A stretch of 32,000 bases of DNA from Thermoproteus tenax Kra 1 (GTDB lineage Archaea > Thermoproteota > Thermoprotei > Thermoproteales > Thermoproteaceae): the NCBI RefSeq assembly GCF_000253055.1, contig NC_016070.1:180001-212000 (forward strand). The letters run 5' to 3'. The notes beneath the pieces are model-generated. The model was not told the origin of the DNA and did no database searches. It worked only from the letters and a program-made list of their open reading frames with translations. Position 1 is the first letter of the stretch, and each line of letters begins with the position of its first letter. Position numbers and translations under genes: made by a program. Below, in pieces: positions 26,403-32,000 of this stretch.

Positions 26403-27530
26403 GTGGACTTCGTAGTAACGCCGTGGGAAGTAAAGGGCAAGGTAGACTACGACAAACTGTTGCAACAGTTCGGCGCAAGGCCGCTCACCTCAGACCAGAT
26501 ATCCCTACTGAATAAATACGCGGGCGAAGTACACCCTCTGATAAGGCGCGGGTTCTTCTACGCGCACAGAGATTTCGACGAGATACTTAAGTGGCACGCG
26601 CAGGGGAGGCCCTGGGCCCTATACACGGGGAGGGGGCCCAGCGGGCCTGTGCATATAGGCCACATGGTCCCGTGGATACTGCTGAAGTGGTTCTCCGATA
26701 AGTTCGGCCTGGAGGTCTACTTCCAGATGACCGACGACGAGAAGTTCTACGACGACCCAGAGCTCTCTCTGAGGGACACCACGCGTTGGGCCTACGAGAA
26801 CGCTCTCGACGTAATAGCGCTTGGATTTGAGCCGGACAGACTACATCTGATAGTGGATACTCTGGACATAAAGCCGCTCTACCCTATAGCTGTGAAGGTG
26901 GCGAAAAAGCTCACTTGGAACACCGTGAAGGCCACCTTCGGGTTCACGGACTCCTCCAACATAGGCTTGATATTCTATCCATCTCTCCAGATAGCCGTGG
27001 CCTTCCTTCCCACTGAGCTTAGAGGCGAGACCACGCCCGTCTTGATCCCGTGCGCCATAGACCAAGACCCCTACTTCAGGCTGGCCAGAGATATAGCTGA
27101 TGGCTTGGGCTATCCCAAGCCAGCCACCCTTTATTCCAAGTTCATAATGGCATTGACGGGCGAGAGCAAGATGTCTGCCTCCAACCCAGAGTCGGCGATA
27201 TATACTGTGGACGAGCCTAAGGCGGTCAAGCGCAAGATCATGAACGCCTTCACTGGAGGCAGGCCCACCGCAGAGGAGCAGAGGAAGCTGGGCGGAAATC
27301 CGGACATATGTCCCGTCTTCCACTACCACATGTTGTTGGACCCCGACGACGCCTCAGTGGAGAAGATAAGACAGGACTGTAGGTCGGGCGCCTTGTTGTG
27401 CGGCGAGTGCAAGCTGAGACTATACGAGAAGATCGAGAGATTCTTAAAAGAGCATAAGGAGAGGAGGGAGAAGGCGAAAGATAGAGTTGACGAATATAGG
27501 CTTAGCGTGAAGCTCGATATAAAGAAATAA
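26403..27530 (+). CDS. trpS: Tryptophanyl-tRNA synthetase
   Basis: YTGRGPSGPVHIGHMVPW (HIGH motif), DQDPYFRLARD, GESKMSASNPESAIY (KMSAS), archaeal/eukaryal-type TrpRS. Confidence 0.95.
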   Translation: MDFVVTPWEVKGKVDYDKLLQQFGARPLTSDQISLLNKYAGEVHPLIRRGFFYAHRDFDEILKWHAQGRPWALYTGRGPSGPVHIGHMVPWILLKWFSDKFGLEVYFQMTDDEKFYDDPELSLRDTTRWAYENALDVIALGFEPDRLHLIVDTLDIKPLYPIAVKVAKKLTWNTVKATFGFTDSSNIGLIFYPSLQIAVAFLPTELRGETTPVLIPCAIDQDPYFRLARDIADGLGYPKPATLYSKFIMALTGESKMSASNPESAIYTVDEPKAVKRKIMNAFTGGRPTAEEQRKLGGNPDICPVFHYHMLLDPDDASVEKIRQDCRSGALLCGECKLRLYEKIERFLKEHKERREKAKDRVDEYRLSVKLDIKK

Positions 27531-27555
27531 AAAACTGCTCAGCGGATCTCCGCCT

Positions 27556-27798
27556 TTACTGGACTATCTTCGCTATGGCGTAGGTGCCTCCGACTTTCTC
27601 GATCTGGACTTTCACGCGCTGGCCCGGCTCGGCGCCTGGGACGAAGACTATGAAGCCTTCGACCTTGGCCACGCCGTCACCCCTTCTGGACTTCTCCACT
27701 ATGTCCACCTCTATTACGTCGCCCTCTTTGACCGGTTTCGGACCTCTTTCCCTTTGGCCGCGGAAAGACCTCCGCGGCCTCCTTCCTTCACCTTCCAT
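27556..27798 (-). CDS. Small TRAM-domain protein
   Basis: VKEGDVIEVDIVEKSRRGDGVAKVEGFIVFVPGAEPGQRVKVQIEKVGGTYAIAKIV. Confidence 0.88.
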   Translation of the reverse strand: MEGEGRRPRRSFRGQRERGPKPVKEGDVIEVDIVEKSRRGDGVAKVEGFIVFVPGAEPGQRVKVQIEKVGGTYAIAKIVQ

Positions 27799-27830
27799 TA
27801 GACCCTGGGATGAGTAGTATAAAAATCTTT

Positions 27831-28697
27831 CTATTTCGGCACTATGAAGTTGCGGCCATCCCTTTTCTCGACAGAGACGAGGCCTGCTTGCTCGAGCCTT
27901 CGCACGGCCCTAAAGACGGTAGTCCTTGGAAGTCCCAAAGTCTTCGCTACGTCGGATTCAAACGCGCCGCCAGTCCTCTGGATATATGATAATATCAGTC
28001 TATCTGTATCGCTCAGCCCGGCGATGCCCCCCTTCCCTCTTCTGGCCAGGTACAGAGAGGCGCCGGCGACGCCTGCCGTTGCTATGAGCCCGACTATGAA
28101 CAGATCGACCGTCGGCGGCCCTCGATTGGACGTCTGTTGGCTTGAGTTGGAGTAGCCGGAGGGGGAGGGCGCACTTGTCGTCGACTGGCTTGGGGCAGTC
28201 GAGCCGGAGGGCGGCGCACTCGTCGTAGAGCTCGTTTGCTGCGAGCTGGGAGGCGCCGTGTTAGTCGACGTGGAATTCGGAGCTGGCGTCTGTAGACTGA
28301 CTCCCTGTAGCGTGTAGGCAAGAGTACCGGGGCCCTGGGCCACCATCAAGATCGAGTTGTTGAACTTGCTGTAGTTTAGAATCTTTAGAGTGGGCAGGAG
28401 GACTACGCCGCCTTGTGCCCAGATTATGTAGGTGCCGTTAGTGACATTGAACGCGATAACGCCATCTACGGCTCTGACTCTTGGAACGTACTCCACAGTT
28501 ATAAGGGCTCTGCCCAAGACCGGTATCTCGAGCTCAGACCCGTTGAGTAGAGCAGGTATGGGGACTTTGTTGTGCATGACAACTGGACTCGTTAACGGCG
28601 CGGCGGGGAGCTGTAGCGTGAAGATATTGGCGACGACAGTCTGGTTGAACACCAACAGAACTGTGCCGTTGGCGAAGAGTAGAATTACCCACAACAT
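27831..28697 (-). CDS. Membrane-anchored protein with extracytoplasmic domain, Ser/Thr/Pro-rich linker, TM helix and C-terminal winged-helix domain
   Basis: N-terminal signal/TM, NSTSTNTAPPSSQQTSSTTS... linker, TM FIVGLIATAGVAGASLYLA, wHTH LSDTDRLILSYIQRTGGAFESDVAKTLGLPRTTVFRAVRRLEQAGLVSVEKRDGRNFI. Confidence 0.8.
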   Translation of the reverse strand: MLWVILLFANGTVLLVFNQTVVANIFTLQLPAAPLTSPVVMHNKVPIPALLNGSELEIPVLGRALITVEYVPRVRAVDGVIAFNVTNGTYIIWAQGGVVLLPTLKILNYSKFNNSILMVAQGPGTLAYTLQGVSLQTPAPNSTSTNTAPPSSQQTSSTTSAPPSGSTAPSQSTTSAPSPSGYSNSSQQTSNRGPPTVDLFIVGLIATAGVAGASLYLARRGKGGIAGLSDTDRLILSYIQRTGGAFESDVAKTLGLPRTTVFRAVRRLEQAGLVSVEKRDGRNFIVPK

Positions 28698-28740
28698 AAG
28701 GTGCTGACAAACACCTATTTATCTTAGTTGCGCCTCTCTT

Positions 28741-29160
28741 GGCCCTTTCGCTCTCCCCGGGGCTCCGAGCCCACAGCCTCAGACACGGGGATCGGCCGAG
28801 TCATTGCAACAGAGCGCAGCCGCCGGCCGATCCACAAGGTCTTATCGGCGACTCGCTGGTTTATAGGACGAGGTGGTTGCCGGATCAGTTTTCTTCCTGT
28901 GCATTGGGGAAAGCGTTTTTTCTGTGCAGACTGGGGGCTTAAGCGTATGCTTGCAACAAGGGGGCAGTGCCCCCACGATTCCCCGGCCGGGCTTTCCACC
29001 GTGGGGGCCTCGGCCGTTGCCCAGGGTTAGTGGGCCGCGTCGGTGCGGGCATTGCGGCGTCCCCCCGCCGGGGCCATCCTGCGTGTTTATGCGGTTGGCC
29101 CGCCCCGCCGTGTTGAACACACTGCTGTTTAAGCCCTTCTCTGCCCTCTTCACCGCTCTG
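28741..29160. other. GC-rich, hairpin-rich segment without convincing coding potential
   Basis: Multiple perfect inverted repeats: GGATCGGCCG/CGGCCGATCC, GGGGGC-AGT-GCCCCC (28960-28974), CCCCCACG/CGTGGGGG (28970-28977/29000-29007), CGGCG-CGCCG (29055-29059/29066-29070). Six-frame ORFs here look non-protein-like. Confidence 0.4.
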
Positions 29161-29185
29161 TCATGAAAGAATTATAGTTTAGATC

Positions 29186-29223
<38 letters not shown>

Positions 29224-29237
29224 AGGGGACGTTGAAA

Positions 29238-30332
29238 TTAATCGGAGCCGCTGTCTTGATCGCCCGAGCTTGCGGCTTGTTGGCTCGAGGTAGAGTTGTC
29301 CTCATCGCTATTGCCGCTGGAGCTCCCGGCGGAGCTGCCGCTGTTGTGGCTGTTGCCCTGTCCTGCTCCGGCCTTGCTGTGATCCTCATCGTGATGTTCG
29401 CCGGCCTTGTTGTGCTTCTCATGGTCCTCTCCAGAGCCCGCGGCTCCTTTGTGCTCCTCGTGATCCTTCTCGTGGTGTTCGCCGCCTATATGAACCTCTA
29501 TCTTGTACCCGTGACCCGTCTTGTGTATCTCTATTTGTGTTCCATTGGCCAACTTCAGCTCTAGCTCCTTGAAGGCTATTGTGATGTTGTTCAGTACTTT
29601 AGCCACCTCTGCCAGCTGGGCAGCGTCGGAGGGATTGTAGGGCTGCAGCTCCTTTGAGAGGGCGTTGAGGAACGAGGCTAACTGAGACAGATTGGACGCA
29701 AAGGCGTGTACCTCCAGCTCGCTGCTGGTCCCATTGATCTGCTTCAGCCCTTTCTTCAGCTCGTACTCTATCTTGGCGCGGAGATAGGTGGCGTTCGGCG
29801 CAGTCGCGTTTAGAGATCTGGCGGCCAACATTATGTTGAGCTCGGCCTTCTTGGTGGCGTTGTTGTTGGCCACATAGGCCGCCAGCTGTTTGAGGTAGTC
29901 GAGCGCCAACGTCGTATTGCCGCTCTTCAGCGCGTCCACGACCTTCTGAAGTGTCTGGGCCACGTAGGTGCTGTTGAAGGTGCCCAGCGCGTGGCCGACC
30001 ACGTGTACGTAATATGCAGTGGTTCCGTTGTAGATCACGGTCTTGAGGTTCGCAGTGATTACGTGTTTATTGTAGTTTATTACCAATTTAGTTGTATTTG
30101 AGACATAGACTATGTGGATAGTGCCCGAGGGCGTCGTAACTTGGACTAAAGTGGCGTTGCCGATCTGTGTGACGTTGGCCGCCGGACTGGTCGCGTTGAC
30201 TGAGGTGGAGTTCACTGCAGTTGTGTTAGTAGTGCCGTTGGGCGTGGCGAAGGCTACGGCGTGATGGCCTCCCATGAGCACGACCGCCAGTGCCAACACG
30301 GTTAGGGCTGTTATTGTTTTGACCCAGCTCAT
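29238..30332 (-). CDS. Exported protein with His/Asp/Glu-rich, low-complexity C-terminal tail
   Basis: Signal sequence (MSWVKTITALTVLALAVVLMGGHHAVAFA), Asn/Thr-rich N-terminal part, helical middle, tail GGEHHEKDHEEHKG...EHHDEDHSKAGAG...SSGDQDSGSD. TTTTTAAG about 26 nt upstream. Confidence 0.8.
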   Translation of the reverse strand: MSWVKTITALTVLALAVVLMGGHHAVAFATPNGTTNTTAVNSTSVNATSPAANVTQIGNATLVQVTTPSGTIHIVYVSNTTKLVINYNKHVITANLKTVIYNGTTAYYVHVVGHALGTFNSTYVAQTLQKVVDALKSGNTTLALDYLKQLAAYVANNNATKKAELNIMLAARSLNATAPNATYLRAKIEYELKKGLKQINGTSSELEVHAFASNLSQLASFLNALSKELQPYNPSDAAQLAEVAKVLNNITIAFKELELKLANGTQIEIHKTGHGYKIEVHIGGEHHEKDHEEHKGAAGSGEDHEKHNKAGEHHDEDHSKAGAGQGNSHNSGSSAGSSSGNSDEDNSTSSQQAASSGDQDSGSD

Positions 30333-30407
30333 AGGCGCTGTGCAAGCCCGTCTTAAAAAGGAATATTTTTCAGGCGATGCGGAAAGGCCGGCCCCCGCGT
30401 TTCGCCC

Positions 30408-30439
30408 AGGAGGAACGGCCTCTGAGGGCCATTCCTCCT
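30408..30439 (-). repeat. Strong 13-bp stem-loop at the 3' end of the exchanger gene
   Basis: Minus strand AGGAGGAATGGCC-CTCAGA-GGCCGTTCCTCCT; all 13 pairs form in RNA (one U-G), beginning at the stop codon of the 30438..31364 gene. Confidence 0.6.
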
Positions 30440-31364
30440 ATCTGAAATGCGCCAGATACCAAAGGTAGCCCACGATGCCTATGGGCGCCGTGAGGCCGAA
30501 GTAGCCGCGCCACACCGCGAGGGCCTCCAGGAGGGAGACGACCACGGCGATCGTCACGGCTGTGGTTGTGGCGGGGTCCAGGGAGTAGACGCCGAGGGCC
30601 ATCGCGAGGCCCGGGTAGAACGTGCCGTATAGGGCCTTCTCTCCGACTATAGCTCCTATGCCGTCTTCGTCTCTGCCTCTGTAGACCAATATGAGCCCCA
30701 CAACCGACTCGGGGATGACGGTGGCTATGGGGACGAGGACGACGGCGAGCGCCGCCTCGTCTAGCCCCAGCGCGCGGCCCAAGCCTGCTATGCCCTCCAC
30801 TAGCCACTCAGCGCCGAGATACAGTGCGGCCAACGCGACGGCCAGCTGTAGCAGAGGGTTCCTCAGCCACAGCTTGGAGACGGCCGAGGGCTGTCCCTCC
30901 CTCTTTATCAACATATAGGCGTATATAAAATACAGCGCAACTATGGAGAGCCCATATATACGCCCGTAGAGGCCGTAGCTCTGGGGGTGGAGCCAGAGTA
31001 TAGGTATCAAGGGGAGCGTGAAGGCCAACAGCGGCGCTGCCACTACCTTGTGCACGTGGGGGATCGGGCTGGCCCTTCTGTGGGACAGCCACGCGATGAA
31101 GGCTGTGGCGACCACCGCAGGGTAGATAATTGTGGAGGCCATGAAGGGCTGGGCTACTATGGAGCCCCACGCTATTCCCCCCTCCCCTCTGAGGATGGCG
31201 ATGAGGAACACGGCGAGCTCAGGGCTCGACGTTATCAACGGGGCGAAGACGGTGGCAACGCCGAAGGAGGACCTCCTCCACCTCCACGATATATACCCGA
31301 TCAGCTGCTCCACGAGCAGTCCGGCGACCAGAGTCAACGCGAGCCCGGGGATCAGCTGCAGCAT
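30438..31364 (-). CDS. Divergent CaCA-family (Na+/Ca2+ exchanger-like) membrane protein
   Basis: Two-fold layout: FAPLITSSPELAVFLIAILRGEGGIAWGSIVAQ (alpha-1-like) and VPIATVIPESVVGLILVYRGRDEDGIGAIVGEKA (alpha-2-like). Confidence 0.72.
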   Translation of the reverse strand: MLQLIPGLALTLVAGLLVEQLIGYISWRWRRSSFGVATVFAPLITSSPELAVFLIAILRGEGGIAWGSIVAQPFMASTIIYPAVVATAFIAWLSHRRASPIPHVHKVVAAPLLAFTLPLIPILWLHPQSYGLYGRIYGLSIVALYFIYAYMLIKREGQPSAVSKLWLRNPLLQLAVALAALYLGAEWLVEGIAGLGRALGLDEAALAVVLVPIATVIPESVVGLILVYRGRDEDGIGAIVGEKALYGTFYPGLAMALGVYSLDPATTTAVTIAVVVSLLEALAVWRGYFGLTAPIGIVGYLWYLAHFR

Positions 31365-31394
31365 GGCCGCATTATTATATACCTAAATATAGAT

Positions 31395-32000
31395 ATGGAG
31401 TTTAAACCTGAGCTCAAAGTCGTCACAGAGAGGGGGGACCTGGGCCGGGAATTCTTTCAATTGCTCCTTGCTGTGGAGCTTTCGGGCTCCCTCAAGGGGG
31501 CCTCCGAGGCTCTGAAGGTGCCGTATTCAACGGCGTGGAACACTGTGGCGAGGGCCGAGAGGATCCTCGGCGTCAAGATAGTTGAGGCCTCCAAGAGGGG
31601 AGGCACCACCCTCACCGACAGAGGGCGGGAGCTGTTGAGGCGTTATATGGCGGAGGCGGGCAAGATGGGGCTCGTCCTCGGGCTGAGCGACTTCATATAT
31701 GCGGGAAGCCACGACCCGATTGTTGAGGCCGCCCTCCAGAGGTCTGAGGCGTATTTCGTGGGCTCTATGCGGGGCCTCCTCCTCGTGTCGGAGGGGCTGG
31801 CGCACTTCGGCGGCATCCACCTCGGCGATAACGTCCAGGCGGTGCGGATATACGGCGGAGGGCTCCGTCTGATCCACGGGTTCAAGCGGGAGGTGGGCGT
31901 GGCGTCGAGGCGGGAGCTGAGGCGGCTCAGGGACATAGTGGGCCTCAAAATAGTGAACAGACAGCCAGGCTCCGGGACAAGGCTCCACATCGATAGAGTC
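31395..32000 (+). CDS. ModE/LysR-type HTH regulator fused to a PBP-like ligand-binding domain (3' truncated by window end)
   Basis: Manual translation MEFKPELKVVTERGDLGREFFQLLLAVELSGSLKGASEALKVPYSTAWNTVARAERILGVKIVEASKRGGTTLTDRGRELLRRY..., then ASRRELRRLRDIVGLKIVNRQPGSGTRLHIDRV; open to window end. Confidence 0.8.
   Translation, partial: MEFKPELKVVTERGDLGREFFQLLLAVELSGSLKGASEALKVPYSTAWNTVARAERILGVKIVEASKRGGTTLTDRGRELLRRYMAEAGKMGLVLGLSDFIYAGSHDPIVEAALQRSEAYFVGSMRGLLLVSEGLAHFGGIHLGDNVQAVRIYGGGLRLIHGFKREVGVASRRELRRLRDIVGLKIVNRQPGSGTRLHIDRV

Noticed and set aside
28897-28928. Direct repeats CTGTGCA (28897-28903 and 28922-28928) as target-site duplications
   Set aside because: Only 7 nt and 25 nt apart; too short and not flanking a plausible element.
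28906-29006. Possible reduced (type T) RNase P RNA on the minus strand: GGUGGAAAGCCC and GCACAGAAAAAACGCUU look like CR I and CR V
   Set aside because: The P4 helix does not form: AAGCCCGG pairs with only four nucleotides of ACGCUU, while real P4 is highly conserved. A covariance-model search (Rfam archaeal/type T RNase P) would settle it.
28728-29166. Four overlapping ORFs on both strands (28728..29030 +, 28873..29166 +, 28724..28999 -, 28842..29153 -)
   Set aside because: No ribosome-site or promoter logic, low protein-likeness and mutual overlap; treated as one structured or decayed noncoding region rather than genes.

Overview
GC-rich archaeal (crenarchaeal, Thermoproteaceae-like) window with about 35 supportable protein genes. 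No tRNA, rRNA or CRISPR array was recognised. Main modules, left to right: (1) a PLP-dependent cysteine-synthase-like gene; (2) a [NiFe]-hydrogenase maturation and nickel cluster: hypD, hypC, hypF, an ECF-type nickel/cobalt importer (CbiM/NikM, PDGLE/NikN-like, CbiQ, ATPase), divergent nikR, hypA, and a Mrp/MinD-type ATPase in the hypB position; (3) a divergent thymidylate-synthase-like gene and a citramalate/isopropylmalate synthase-like gene; (4) a 12-gene block in which pyruvate:ferredoxin oxidoreductase genes (a gamma-delta fusion, alpha, beta) sit between two halves of a complex I-like gene set (J,K,M,L,N-like | por | I,H,A,B,D). This block has no recognisable NuoC or NuoEFG, and several functional residues appear changed; it is the most interesting system here. 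(5) An MFS transporter, TreT-like trehalose synthase, a partner protein with an internal tandem duplication, TrpRS, a TRAM protein and a membrane-tethered winged-helix protein; (6) a gene-poor, GC-rich, hairpin-rich 0.5 kb segment with an IS605/omegaRNA-end-like hairpin; (7) a His/Asp/Glu-rich exported protein next to a divergent CaCA-type exchanger, and a partial ModE/LysR-HTH plus PBP-like regulator. Family calls rest on motif recognition by eye. No database search or folding program was run.
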